Notes under the pieces: model-generated
What the model saw: only the letters and a program-made list of their open reading frames with translations
Databases searched by the model: none
Told to the model about the DNA's origin: nothing
Shown: piece by piece, positions 40,201 to 49,853 of the stretch
Layout: the number at the start of each line of letters is the position of its first letter
How positions within the stretch are numbered: position 1 is the stretch's first letter
Assembly: GCF_037042905.1 (NCBI RefSeq)
Contig: NC_087263.1
Span: 12,154,001-12,218,000 of the forward strand
DNA: 64,000 bases
Origin: Lytechinus pictus
Lineage: Eukaryota
Direction: 5' to 3'
Program-made: the position numbers and the translations under genes

Positions 40201-43200
40201 AGTGCTTTACATTGTAATTATTATGACAGTGACGACAGCCCTCTAGTCTTATTGTCGTGTTTATAGTTCCTCACTTTTGCAGACTTTATAGTTTTCAGCA
40301 CTAGAGGGCAGCATCACCCATAAAACCTTTTGAAAGATCTGAAATACCAAGAGATGCATTTGTGGAGTTCTTGCAAGTTTATATACTTGCATTAAACTCC
40401 TAAAGGTGATCTAAATGAAGAGAGGAAATATGCTATAAAAGGAACTTCACATTATTATGATTTTCATCTCTTTGTGTGTTTAAATATTTGCCCATTATAT
40501 ATGTTTCATGTTTCTATGTTCCTTTTTATGTTTTTGATAGTTTTTCAAGCTACATGCATATGCATTTCTCCTCATGTGTTGAATGTATATTTTCATGTTT
40601 TTTCTTGGTTTTGACATTACTTTTCATGTTTTTGTTGCTTCTTCTTATGCTTTTTATTTTTTCTTTAATGTTTTTAACGATTCTTTTCTCGTTATTTTTT
40701 TTTCAGAGTGTGAAGAAGCTGAAATCTCAGCATGAGAGCCTGATCTGTAAAGTGAAATGGATCATAGAAGCAAAGAAACATTCAGACCAGAGGTAAATGA
40801 GAGAGAACAACAGAATCAAATTTAGTTTTGATGAAAATTTGATGATACAAAGCCACAAGCTTTTTATTTTTGGGAATTTACATATATACTCTTTATGACA
40901 ATTGACAAATTATTTTATATAATTGAAAAAAATAAACGTTTATTTGAACGAATGATATTTGATATATAAAACTCAGTTAACTTTCATGGAACATGATGAT
41001 ATTGATTATGTTTTTTATTTGTTTCAATCCTAATTGCAGGGGGGGGGGGGCACAATGCCCCCAACATTTTTGCGATGCAGTGTATAGGCTTAACATGATA
41101 AGTTTTCACTGCATTTTTTCATGACTATTTTTCAAGTCTAGCACAACTTTTGAGACCAAAATTTCCACGCTTACGTATGCAGCTACAAAATTACACAACA
41201 TTATTTTAGTGTCATTTGTAATATAATTTTAATTATTTCTTTAAATTCAAATTTACTGATGTGTCATGATTTGGTTTACTTTCTTGATTTTGTTTACAGG
41301 GCAGTGAGCATGGGAGACAAATTGAAGGTTCTGAGAGAGGCGAATACTCGGCTGAAAACTCAATTACAGAGTTTGAAAGAGGATGTTACTCAGCTCTCGT
41401 CTGCCCCCGCCGTCGTGGAACAACCAAGAGATGATACAGATCATAGGCTGAGTCAAGCACAGAATGAGCTGGAGCTGGCCAGAGCTGAGGTGGAGCTGAT
41501 GGAGTTCACATCCGGGAGAGACAAACAGAGAATTATTGATCTAGAGAGCATGGTAAGTCAAAATATGACTAAACTCAATTTTAATTGGCAATCTGAGCTT
41601 GAGTTGATGGTGAGTTAGAGATCTGACATGTGTCAGAATATGTCTTGGTTAGAATTAGCTGGAGCTAGCCAGAGCAGAGGTGGAGTTGATTTCATGAACG
41701 GTAGAGATAAAAAAAACTTAAGGATTATTGACCTGGAGAGCATGGTAAGCCTTAGATTAAACTCAAGATGAGTTGGTTTCCATTGAGAACCTGAGTTTGA
41801 GTCTGAGTTTCAGTTTTACCCAATCAAGATACAAGTAGGACTTATGAAGTTCAGATCTAAAAGAGATAATCATGATTATTGACCTGGAGAGCAATGTAAG
41901 TCTCATAATTGATCTGAGCTTGAGTCGATGATGAGTTAGAGATCTGACATATTAAATTAGGTCTAGGCTTCTGGCTTAGAATTAGCTGGAGCTGGCCCGG
42001 GCAGAGGTAGAGCTGATGGAGTTCACATCCGATAGAGATATAGAAAAGATTATTGATCTAGAAAGCTTGGTAAGTCCAAATTTATTTGAGTCAACACAGT
42101 TGAGATGTTTCCATTGAAAACGTGACTTTGGGTCAATGGTGAGTTAAAGATCTGACATGTCAGAATATGTCTGGGTTAGAATTAACTGGAACTGACCCCA
42201 GCAGAGGTGGAGCTAACTTCTTGGAGAGATTAATAGCGGATTATTGACATAGAAAGTGTGGTAAGTAAGTCTGAGAATTGAGTCAATTTATGTTGAGATG
42301 GTTTTGTTGAAAACCTGAGTATGGTTTTTGAGTTACATCTCTGACTTATCAGGTTTTGTCTGTCTTTGAATAAGCTTCATTTGGCCAGAGCGGATGTGGA
42401 GCCTAAGGAGTTCACATCTTGGGAAGATAAGCAGAAGTTTATTTATATAAAGTGCATCGTAAGTCCCAGATTTGAGCCAACTGAAAATTAGTTGGTTACT
42501 TTGAGTTGATTGTGTGTCAGAATGAATGAAATTTAATAAAAAAATAGAAAGCATACAAAAAATGAAAATAGAAATCATGAATCAGATGATTTGTATCATA
42601 TTAGTACATATATGATTTAGCTTTACTGAGAGACAATATTTGAATCGATACCATTAAATTTATTTTTTATTATAAGTTCACGTCTTCGTAAGATACAGGT
42701 GATTCCTGGGCCCCGTCTTACAAAGAGTTGTGATTGATCCAATCAACCACAACTATGGAAAGCCAGCAATGTCAACATCTAAAATGAATGTTTGTACAAA
42801 ATATTTTCGAAACATGCTATTTATTAATACATTCATTGCTCTCTTGAAAAGTGAGGGTGCTTCTCTTTTTTTACAAAAGACATTGCGCAAATTTCCTGTA
42901 GAAAAAATATGACACTGATGGATTTCCATACATTTGAGGTTTATAATCGGATGAATCTTAATTCTTTGTGAGACTGGACCTAGACCTATCTTCCTCCCTC
43001 TCTTCATGGGCCTGTCTTACAAATGTTTGTGATTGATCTGATCACCCTTAACTATGGATTTCCATCAATGTCATAACTTTTCACTCAAGAAATGCAAAAT
43101 GACACTTTGGAAACAATATTGGAGAACATTGAATTGTCAAGACAATGGTTCAATGCCATGCATGTTTATTTCATTGTATCTCGAAAACACTTTGTACAGA

Positions 43201-46200
43201 TGTATGCATTCTAGATATTGGGGCCTGTTTCATAAAACTTGTTATAATAATAAATTTGCAATAACAGTTAAAGGCTACTGATTGGCTAATTGTACATTTG
43301 TTGTAGATATTGTGCATCTGTTATTATAACTAGTCTTTATGAAAGAGGACCTAAATCGATTAAAGGTATTTTTGTTTGGAGTGCTGATCCAGCTTTTTTT
43401 AAAGTAAACATGATACTTTGAAAAATACCCCCTTTCTCTCACTTTTGTTTTCCCAGCTTTGTATTCTACAGAAGGAACTTGAACAGAAGAGGCTAGAATT
43501 GATGTATGAGACGACGGATTCTGAAGAAGACCTTACTTATCGAGATAACACACAGCATACAGGAAAGTAAGTAAACTTAAAGATAAATGCCAGTTGTATG
43601 TGGAGCGTTGTGGCCCAGTGGATTAGTCTTCTGTCTTTGAAAAAGAGGGTCGTGGGTTCGAATCCCAGCCATGGCGTAATTTCCATCAGCAAGAAATTCA
43701 TCCACATTGTGCTGCACTCAACCCAGGTGAGGTGAATGGTTACCTGGCAGGAATTTATTCCTTGAAATGCGTGTGCGCTGTAATCTTAGTAATTACGGCT
43801 GCCAAGTTACAGCTGGGGTAATAATATCCAAGTCCTTTGGAAGCGCTTGGAGACATTATTCATAATGTGATATGCGCTATACAAGAACTGTATATTATTA
43901 TTATTATTATTATTATTGTAATGATTTCTAAATAGGGTTTGTGCAGAATCCAATAAAACGACCACCCGAATGTCTAAATAGGAGAACCGAATTACGATGG
44001 AGTTGTTCAGAGGAGGGTGAAATCCCTCTCGCATAGCCTTGCGTAAATCATCAGAGATATCGATGGGATAGCGCCATCATCTCTAAAACCAACCAAACAA
44101 CATGTCTCATAAAAAAAAGATGTGCCAAAGGCTTCTGGAAGACATTGTGTAATTGCTGAGAAAATGAGATTCAAGTCAACTGTTGGGTCTTTTTCCAAGC
44201 AATAATGATACACTGCCCCACATGTGCTTATCTGTGTTGACAATCTACAGAGTTATTGTTTTTCAGCTTGGATTTCAGGATTTCCTAAAATTCAGTTTAT
44301 GTCACTGTACCAGATCATGATATAGTGACAATTAATCTTTGTTTTACAGACTTTCTTGTGAAATCAGTGGTTACTGAAACTACTTTTATCTTTGACCCCA
44401 TCCAGGACACTGATTTATTATTTGCAATTCTTTTTATAACCTAATATGTCAAATTCTCACTGCTCCAAAAAGGTACAAGAATTACAACCTCATGATATGG
44501 AATTACATTGTAAATGGTTGACATATCATCGCTTGGGTATTACAAGGTCATACAGGGTATCTCAAAATTCATAAATTTGAGGACATCTGAGTAAAAGCTT
44601 GATTTTAGAGTTTTGACACATGTAGCAAACTTCGTTTACAATGACAGAGTTCTCTACAGGAATTAGGAGATTTTTTTCGTTTTCTGACAATATGGCCTGA
44701 ATTCACAAAGGTGGATTTGAAAACCATAAGTTGAACCCATGGTTTATGCAGATTTCCTGCATAAATTATGCCTCATTTACCATGTATTCAAAAATATGTC
44801 CAAAACAGTAAACTCATGAATATAATAGCTTATTCAACCATGGCGACAGGCATCAATTTGGCGCACTGTGACAAAAGATTGCATCAGCATTTGTCAATTT
44901 TTAGCAAGCGTGGTAAATTAAGCGTAATTTATACAGGAAATCTGCATAAACCATGGGTTCAACTGATGGTTTTCATAACCACCTTTGTGCATTTGGGCCA
45001 ATTGGAGCGTTGTGGCCCAGTAGATTAGTCTTCTGACTTTGAAACAGAGGTGTGTTCAAATCCCAGCCATGGCGTAATTTCCTTCAGCAAGAAATGTATC
45101 TACATTGTGCTGCACTCAACCCAGGTGAGGTGAATGGGTACCCGGTAGGAAGAAATTCCTTAAATGCTTGAGCGTCTAGGCAGCCCAGCTAAAGCCGGGG
45201 TAATAATAATAGCAGGGCCCGCTGGGAGAACAGTTTTCAGAACTGAAGTGGCTTCCCTGGGTAAAATATACCTATGTTATTATTAATGGGTTTGTCACCA
45301 GTGCCATATTTCTGATCTGATCTAAAAATTTTGAAATTTTGAGAAACAAGGTAAGAACAACCCGGGGCCGATATTTTTAGCACCCCAATGATCTATTGGA
45401 ATTTCCAATGCACAGAAATACAATGAAGTTGATTTAATATCTTTTATTGATAACCTTCCTCTGGATAAAGAGTAAAACAATGCATGCTCATTGGTAATCT
45501 TTTTGTTTTTTTACTGTGATTTTATTTCTTAAATGAAATTGTGAACGTAAACACTTTATTATTTTATTTTAACAGGAATACAATATCTGTTGGCAGTATT
45601 GGAGGGCTCATGGGAAAAGGTGAGGTTGGAAATAGCTGCTTTTATTTTTTAAGAAATGAAAAGTAATTCTACATGTGAATACATAATAGTCAATAGTGGG
45701 TGGATTGGTGGATGGATTGATGGATGGATGGGATGGTGGGTGGGTGGGTGGATGGATGGATGGTTGAATGGATGGGTTGGTGGGTGGGTTGATGGATAGA
45801 CGGATGGATTGATGGATGAGTGGGTTGATAGATGAATGGGTTGGTGAGTGGATGGATGGATGGATGGATGGATAGATGGATGGGTGCACTGGTTGGATGA
45901 ATTGATTGATGGATGGTTGGATGGATTTATTGATGGATGGATTGACGGATGAATGGATGGATGAATGAGTGGGTGGATGGATGGATGGATTGATGGATGG
46001 ATGGGTGGTTGGATGGATTTATTGATGGATGGATGGATGAATGGATGGGTGGGTGGGTGGATGGATAGATGAATGGGTTGATGGGTGGGTGGATGGATGG
46101 ATGGGTTGGTGGGTGGGTTGATGGATAGATGGATGGATGGATGGATGGATGGGTTGGTGGGTGGATGAATGGATGGATGAATGAGTGGGTGGATGGATGG

Positions 46201-47491
46201 ATGGATGGATGGATGGATTGATGGATGGATGGGTGGTTGGATGGATTTATTGATGGATGGATGGATGAATGGATGGGTGGGTGGGTGGGTGGATGGATTT
46301 ATTGATGGATGGAGGGTGGGTGGGTGGGTGGGTGGGTGGATGGATGGGTTGGTGGGTGGGTTGATGGATAGATGGATGGATGAGTGGGTTGATAGATGAA
46401 TGGGTTGGTGAGTGGGTGGATGGATGGATGGATGGATAGATGGATGGATGGATAGATGGATGGGTGCACTGGTTGGATGGATTGATTGATGGATGGATGG
46501 AAGAGTGAATGGATGGTTGGATTAGTGGGTGGATGGATGGGTTCATGTACGTGGATGGATGGGTGAATGGATGGACAGATATTAGGATGGACTGTTGAGT
46601 GAGTAAGTAGATTAGTTGATTGTGGATAATACATCAATCCTTACAAGAAAAGTAATTTACATATATGTGAATGTAATGAATGGCAGTTTCTGTGAAATAA
46701 TTTATTGAATAATTAATGGATGAATTCATAAATGAATTTCTGGTTGAGTGACCGATACATGATTACACTGTACATTGAAGAATACAGCAATTAATAGCGG
46801 GGTAAATATGTTTGTAAAACAAATTTCTTTTCTTTTTAATATTCAATTTTGATGAATTTCAATGTTGGCTAGTTTGGTTAATTTGATAATAACAAAGACT
46901 TTTAGATCTGTTAGGAGATCATACATATTGGTGGTTTGGTCTGAAATTAATTTCTCATAAAAGTTACAAGTTCTATTAACAATTTTGTATGTACATGTAA
47001 ATGTTGTGATTACGCTTGTGATTGTAATATCAATAAAACACATAATTAAAAAAAGAAAAAATTTAGCACACATATGTTTTACATGAAATAGTATATGAGA
47101 TAATTCCGAAGCCCCCTCCTTTTAAAATACAATACAATTCAATATTGGTATTTATAAAGTGCTCTTTGCTATGACTGTATCACAGTGCTTTAGAAATTAG
47201 CAAATAGAGACAATTATGAATATAAATTAAGTAAAAACTACGGATATAAATGAAAAATGAATTAACTATTCAAAAGAAATGCCTATATGATGCATTATTT
47301 TCATAATTTATTCATTGTTTTTAATTCATAATTGTTCGTAATTCATGTATATTACCAGATGAAGGCATAACCAAATAGACTTTATTTTATTTGGTGTAAT
47401 GTATTATTGTTTTAAATAATGATTAATGTCATTTATTACAACAGTTGGCAGTACTGTACCGCGAAGAACGAGATGTTCGAATTGCAAACGA
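16754..47491 (+). CDS. Multi-exon gene for an uncharacterised long coiled-coil protein (17 exons, 1584 nt, 528 aa so far, open at 3' end)
   Basis: All junctions GT-AG and phase-consistent. Translation: [528 protein letters not shown]. Confidence 0.88.
16890..17380. repeat. (AAAT)n/(GAAT)n low-complexity tract
   Basis: Directly visible. Confidence 0.9.
17712..17782 (+). CDS. Coding exon 2 ([24 protein letters not shown]; phase 2 to 1)
   Basis: TGTTTCAG| and AAG|GTAAGA; 71 nt. Confidence 0.85.
18347..18539. mobile_element. About 190-bp foldback MITE
   Basis: TIR GGTGGGTGTTTCATAAAG..GACTTTAAGAACGACTGGTGA mirrored by TCACCAGTCGTTCTTAAAGTC..CTTTATGAAACACCCACC. Confidence 0.85.
19597..19660 (+). 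CDS. Coding exon 3 ([22 protein letters not shown]; phase 1 to 2)
   Basis: Poly-T..TAAG| and CT|GTGAGT; 64 nt. Confidence 0.85.
19770..20050. repeat. (TTCA)n microsatellite
   Basis: Directly visible. Confidence 0.95.
20817..20978 (+). CDS. Coding exon 4 ([16 protein letters not shown]...AKKTIS; phase 2 to 2)
   Basis: TTTTTAG| and CAG|GTATGA; 162 nt; heptad-like E/K/L pattern. Confidence 0.92.
21181..21406. mobile_element. Foldback MITE family A, short copy
   Basis: TIR TGGCCTGAATTCACAAAGGTG / CACCTTTGTGAATTCGGGCCA; sister copies 28426-28845, 44693-45000. Confidence 0.88.
22178..22520. repeat. Degenerate roughly 100-bp tandem repeat (4 copies) just upstream of exon 5
   Basis: Recurrent GATTAATTTGCCTGATCAG..AAAAGCAGGAGA..TT.AAA.TTCAGGCTAATGTA. 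Confidence 0.75.
22573..22681 (+). CDS. Coding exon 5 ([37 protein letters not shown]; phase 2 to 0)
   Basis: TTCTAG| and CTG|GTGAGA; 109 nt. Confidence 0.92.
22721..23025. mobile_element. MITE family B (second copy 30456-30771)
   Basis: Shared AGACCATGG..CTGTGCTAAAATTATGGGAAGCCA body; right TIR TTAAACCC.AC.TCA.AATACGGGCCA. Confidence 0.8.
23199..23821. mobile_element. Degraded non-autonomous DNA transposon ending ..AGGGTT (related segments 33768-34279, 41030-41210)
   Basis: Shared TTGAGACCAAATT, TTAGCATAATTAATT and GTAGATT..ATG blocks; the 33768 copy is bounded by TTAACCT...AGGGTTAA (piggyBac-like rule). Confidence 0.5.
24093..24143 (+). CDS. Coding exon 6 ([17 protein letters not shown]; phase 0 to 0)
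   Basis: CTTTAG| and GAG|GTGGGT; 51 nt. Confidence 0.88.
24300..24470. repeat. Short tandem array of TAGACCAA(G/A)TGG motifs
   Basis: About 8 motif copies at 15-20 bp spacing; reverse-complement TTGGTCTA motifs also near 63900-63950. Confidence 0.7.
24966..25142. mobile_element. TAGTCT...AGACTA composite of two micro-elements, flanked by direct repeat GCCTTTGGT
   Basis: TAGTCTGC at 24966, GCAGACTA at 25135-25142; GCCTTTGGT at 24957-24965 and 25143-25151. Confidence 0.6.
25524..25574 (+). CDS. Coding exon 7 ([17 protein letters not shown]; phase 0 to 0)
   Basis: TTGTAG| and GAG|GTATGT; 51 nt. Confidence 0.88.
25645..26750. repeat. (GAT)n/(GGT)n compound trinucleotide tract
   Basis: Directly visible; source of the poly-Met/Asp ORFs. 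Confidence 0.95.
26908..26949 (+). CDS. Coding exon 8 ([14 protein letters not shown]; phase 0 to 0)
   Basis: TGTGCAG| and AAA|GTAAGT; 42 nt. Confidence 0.88.
28213..28263 (+). CDS. Coding exon 9 ([17 protein letters not shown]; phase 0 to 0)
   Basis: TTTTTAG| and GAG|GTAAGA; 51 nt. Confidence 0.9.
28426..28845. mobile_element. Foldback MITE family A, longest copy (420 bp)
   Basis: Whole element nearly palindromic; same TIR as the 21181 copy. Confidence 0.88.
29973..30451. mobile_element. Non-autonomous DNA transposon with TTAA TSD and AGG termini (Kolobok-like rule)
   Basis: TTAA|AGGGGAAGTTCACCCTGA ... TCAGGGTGAACTTCCCCT|TTAA. Confidence 0.88.
30456..30771. mobile_element. MITE family B, abutting the TTAA of the preceding element
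   Basis: TGGCCCATATT..AGTCAGGTTTAA ... TTAAACCCGACATCAGAATACGGGCCA. Confidence 0.82.
30999..31058 (+). CDS. Coding exon 10 ([20 protein letters not shown]; phase 0 to 0)
   Basis: TTTCCAG| and CAG|GTAAGT; 60 nt. Confidence 0.92.
31805..32180. mobile_element. TTAA-flanked non-autonomous element (sister copy 43581-44394)
   Basis: TTAA at 31801-31804 and 32181-32184; imperfect TIR; long collinear similarity to 43581-44394. Confidence 0.78.
32754..33313. mobile_element. TTAA-flanked non-autonomous DNA transposon (Kolobok-like)
   Basis: TTAA|AGGTCCAGTCCACCCCA ... TGGGGTGGACTTTTCCTT|TTAA with long imperfect inverted arms. Confidence 0.8.
33486..33602 (+). CDS. Coding exon 11 ([39 protein letters not shown]; phase 0 to 0; alternative in-frame donor after 33524)
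   Basis: CTTGTAG| acceptor; donors GAG|GTACGG (33524) and GTA|GTAAGT (33602), both phase 0. Confidence 0.78.
34921..35079 (+). CDS. Coding exon 12 ([12 protein letters not shown]...DQEQIEQ; phase 0 to 0)
   Basis: Poly-T ACCCAG| and CAG|GTAGCC; 159 nt. Confidence 0.9.
35080..35805 (+). repeat. Degenerate tandem echoes of the exon 12 3' end plus donor and intron start
   Basis: Recurrent TCTTGTGG..AGTCAAC..AATCA.AC..ATCAGGAGCA..TAGAACAGGTA..AACCAGA; best copy 35347-35420. Confidence 0.85.
35808..36073 (-). mobile_element. tRNA-derived SINE (related to the 37257 family), degraded
   Basis: Reverse-complement head GAGGTGTTGTGGCTCAGTGGATAAG..GGTTCAAATC; core CTCTCCACCCAGGTGTAGTAAATGAATACC; (TAT)n tail. 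Confidence 0.8.
36210..36387. mobile_element. About 180-bp MITE; right TIR interrupted by CATGTA
   Basis: Left GGGCCCAATTTCATAAAA; right TATTTA[CATGTA]TGAAGTTAGACCC. Confidence 0.65.
36915..37245. repeat. (GAT)n/(GGT)n tract
   Basis: Directly visible. Confidence 0.95.
37257..37538 (+). mobile_element. tRNA-derived SINE, family 1
   Basis: A box TGGCCCAGTGG, B box GTTCGAATCC; core GCTGCACTCAA.CCAG.TGAGGTGAATGGGTACC; L2-like GCGCTAT..(TAT)n tail. Confidence 0.9.
37596..37795. mobile_element. 200-bp hAT-type MITE with perfect 8-bp TSD
   Basis: AGTGCAGC|CAGTGGCGTAC ... GTTCGCAACTG|AGTGCAGC. Confidence 0.85.
38783..39055 (+). mobile_element. tRNA-derived SINE, family 2 (inverse copy 61450-61722)
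   Basis: TGGTTTAGTGGTTAGAGC..GTGAGTTCAAATCC head; body collinear with the reverse complement of 61450-61722. Confidence 0.82.
40707..40792 (+). CDS. Coding exon 13 ([28 protein letters not shown]; phase 0 to 2)
   Basis: Poly-T CAG| and GAG|GTAAAT; 86 nt. Confidence 0.92.
41300..41552 (+). CDS. Coding exon 14 ([12 protein letters not shown]...IIDLESM; phase 2 to 0)
   Basis: TTTACAG| and ATG|GTAAGT; 253 nt; heptad pattern. Confidence 0.93.
41553..42470 (+). repeat. Five degenerate tandem echoes of the exon 14 3' end plus donor
   Basis: Copies of GCTGGAGCTGGCCAGAGC.GAGGTGGAG..ATTATTGA.CT.GA.AGC.TGGTAAG ending near 41750, 41900, 42075, 42266, 42465. Confidence 0.9.
42708..42980. mobile_element. 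MITE family C (copies 48596-48865, 51053-51315 inverted, partial 43008-43075)
   Basis: TIR GGGCCC.GTCTTACAAAGAGTT..GATTGATC; shared body CAACTATGGAAAGCCAGCAA.GTCAACAT..CAAATTTCCTGTAGA. Confidence 0.88.
43457..43566 (+). CDS. Coding exon 15 ([36 protein letters not shown]; phase 0 to 2)
   Basis: TTTTCCCAG| and AAA|GTAAGT; 110 nt. Confidence 0.9.
43581..44394. mobile_element. TTAA-type DNA element interrupted by a SINE
   Basis: Removing 43599-43920 restores sequence collinear with 31805-32180. Confidence 0.75.
43602..43917 (+). mobile_element. tRNA-derived SINE, family 1, nested in a DNA element
   Basis: Same head and core as 37257; (TAT)n tail; TTGTA at 43594-43598 and 43916-43920 is a possible TSD. 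Confidence 0.9.
44693..45000. mobile_element. Foldback MITE family A, 308-bp copy
   Basis: TGGCCTGAATTCACAAAGGTGG ... CCACCTTTGTGCATTTGGGCCA. Confidence 0.88.
45004..45285 (+). mobile_element. tRNA-derived SINE, family 1, with a different 3' tail
   Basis: Same head and core as 37257 and 43602; tail GGGCCCGCTGGGAGAACAGTT..AACTGAAGTGGCTTCCCTGG. Confidence 0.88.
45576..45619 (+). CDS. Coding exon 16 ([15 protein letters not shown]; phase 2 to 1)
   Basis: TTTTAACAG| and AAG|GTGAGG; 44 nt. Confidence 0.85.
45695..46580. repeat. (GGAT)n/(GGGT)n microsatellite tract
   Basis: Directly visible. Confidence 0.95.
47445..47491 (+). CDS. Coding exon 17 ([16 protein letters not shown]; phase 1 to 0)
   Basis: CAACAG| and CGA|GTAAGT; 47 nt; CxxC motif. 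Confidence 0.83.
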
Positions 47492-47824
47492 GTAAGTATT
47501 ACAGTGTGATTCATTTTTTCTCTTTGCACATTTTTTAAAACCATTTCCTATGGTTTATCCACTTGTAGTGTGCTTTTTTCTCCCAAATGGTACACCGTTC
47601 AAGGCTTGGTTCCACTGCACTTACGTATGCAGAGAGGATGTAAAACGGAAAAGAATCTTGCCATCCGTTGGAAAACGTTATGCATCGTTGTGTAATCTTA
47701 GAATAGTTGGTTCATCTGCTCTATATCCATCGAGCATCCGTCCACTGTTATTTCATTGTTCGCCCATTTTGTCCATTGCCTGGAGCGGATGAAAATGTAA
47801 AGCGGATGGCACCACCCCGAAATT

Positions 47825-48390
47825 TTGATATGATTACCATAGTGTACTATGAACACATTGATATGATTACCATAAAGTAGTGTGAAAAAAATGAGGTGAT
47901 ATGATTACCATAGTATAGTGTGAACACCTTGAGGAAATATGATTACCATATAATGTAGTGTAAACACTTTGAGGGAATATGATTACCATAGTGCAGTATG
48001 AACAAATTGATATATGATTACTGTAAAGAAGTGTGAAAAAATTGAGGTGATATGATTACTATAGTGTAGTGTGAACACTTTGAGGGTATATGATTTAATA
48101 CCATAGTGTACTATGAACACATTGATATGACTACCATAAAGTTGTGTGAAAACTGTGAGGGAATATGACTACTATAGTGTAGAGTTATGATTACCATAGT
48201 GCAGTGTTAACACTTTGAGGGAATATGATTACCATAGTGTAGTGTGAACACGTTGAGTGAATATGATTACCAAAGTATAGTATGAACACATTGATATGAT
48301 TACCATAAAGTAGTGTGAAAAAATTGAGGTGAAATGATGCAGTACAGTGTGATCACATTAAGGTACAAAATATGAACACTTTGAGATATA
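47825..48390. repeat. Minisatellite, about 15 units of 33-40 bp
   Basis: Consensus ATATGATTACCATAGTGTAGTGTGAACACTTTGAGGGA; contiguous units with no unique spacers. Confidence 0.92.
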
Positions 48391-48595
48391 TGTTTAGCAT
48401 ATTGTAGTGTTCAACTTTGAGGCTATGAATTTAACTGTCATGTGAACGCAACTAATGTTATCAGCATAACAGTGCTTTAATAGTTGGTTTAATGTGGTCA
48501 TCACAAACAAGAAAAGTTTGCCAAGTCTGACTCTTATCTGGGTTTGTGTTGTTGACACAGTGGAGAACTCTTGCAACAGGGCCAGGTGAGATCTG

Positions 48596-48865
48596 GGGCC
48601 CATCTTACAAAGAGTTACGATTGATCCGATCAATCGCAACTATGGAAAGCCAGCAAAGTCAACATATAGAATGCATGTTTGTTAAAAAAGGCTAGATATG
48701 GTTGTATATCCATAAATTCATTGATTTCTTGAAAATTTGGTGTGTTCTCCTTTGTTTTACAAAGGACATTTTGCAAATTTCCTGTAGAAAAAATTATGAC
48801 ACTGATGGATTTCCATATAGTTACGATTGATTGGATCAGTCATAACTCTTTGTAAGACAGGGCCC
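48596..48865. mobile_element. MITE family C
   Basis: GGGCCCATCTTACAAAGAGTTA ... TAACTCTTTGTAAGACAGGGCCC. Confidence 0.9.
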
Positions 48866-48936
48866 TGAAAGCCGAGCTGTCTTTAACTTTGTTTCAAAAT
48901 TGGCAGTAATGGGAACTATTCCCAAATGTGGTTGTC

Positions 48937-49127
48937 ATTATTTTACCTGATTGCTAAGAAAGCATGAATGCTTGTAAGCAAGCAACCAGAGGACCGACAG
49001 CTTAAGGTCCTCTCCGAGGGACCTGGTATAGAGGATGAATGCCTTGCCAAAGGGCACTAGTGCACCAAGTTGGAATCGAACCCGGGTCACCGGAATCCGA
49101 AACCCCCGCTCTTCCGACTGAGCTATC
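48937..49127 (-). mobile_element. Short tRNA-derived SINE, family 3
   Basis: Reverse complement GATAGCTCAGTCGGAAGAGC..GGGTTCGATTCC followed by CCCTTTGGCAAGGCA..CCCTCGGAGAGGACCTTAAG. Confidence 0.82.
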
Positions 49128-49412
49128 TTCAAATGTAACAATATAAAAGCGTAGTAATCATTGAATGCATTTTTACCCATTAGAATTAGATATGGCTTGT
49201 TTTCCAGCAGTATCTAGCAGCCTCTCTCAGTAATGTTTTTATTTTAATAACGGTAGCTGTTTGAGCACTTGCTTTCAGTAATTGGATATTGGAAGACTGC
49301 TAGCCCATTATGCCTGAGAAGGTGTTATAAACAAGACATACATGAATATGCAGGTATTCTATTTTGATCAAATTATATTCTGATGAAAAATCAGTAAATT
49401 TATCCAATAAAA

Positions 49413-49853
49413 CCGCGGGGGGGGCCAGTCAAATATATTTCTGTACACACGCGTGACCCAAAAAACGTGTTTAAAGGGGTGTTTTTTAGTTTTGGACGCG
49501 GTCCGCCGTGGACTCGTTAAGGGTATCAAAAACACAGATTTTCAAGAAAAAGGGTGGTTTTGAAAGACTGGTCAATGGTCGATCGCGGGGTCAAACGTAT
49601 TTAGGGTATGTTTTTCCCCAAAGCTTTTTAGAGACTAGCCAAACGTGTTTAGGGTATGTTTTTTCCCCCAAGGCTTTTTCCCGAGGTCATATTTTGGCGA
49701 CAACTTGTTTAGGGGCCAAAATGTGTAAATAAAGCGCGCAAAAAACTTGTTTAGGGGGTACTTTTGCACACAGAGAAAAACTTGTTTAGGGGGTGTTTTG
49801 AAATTACTTGGTCACGCGTGTGTACATCAATATATTTGACTGGCCCCCCCGGG
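49413..49853. mobile_element. MITE with poly-G/C termini and 7(-8)-bp TSD
   Basis: AATAAAA|CCGCGGGGGGGGCCAGTCAAATATATT..GTACACACGCGTGACC ... GGTCACGCGTGTGTAC..AATATATTTGACTGGCCCCCCCGGG|AATAAAA. Confidence 0.88.

Noticed and set aside
47445..47491. FYVE-domain assignment of RCSNCKR
   Set aside because: No upstream WxxD and no R(R/K)HHCR motif found in the window
47825..48390. CRISPR-like 33-40-bp periodicity
   Set aside because: Units are contiguous with no unique spacers, there are no cas genes, and the context is a eukaryotic intron
48561..48585. 25-nt micro-exon (CAG|..CAG|GTGAG)
   Set aside because: Weak pyrimidine tract, shifts frame and gives no sensible continuation
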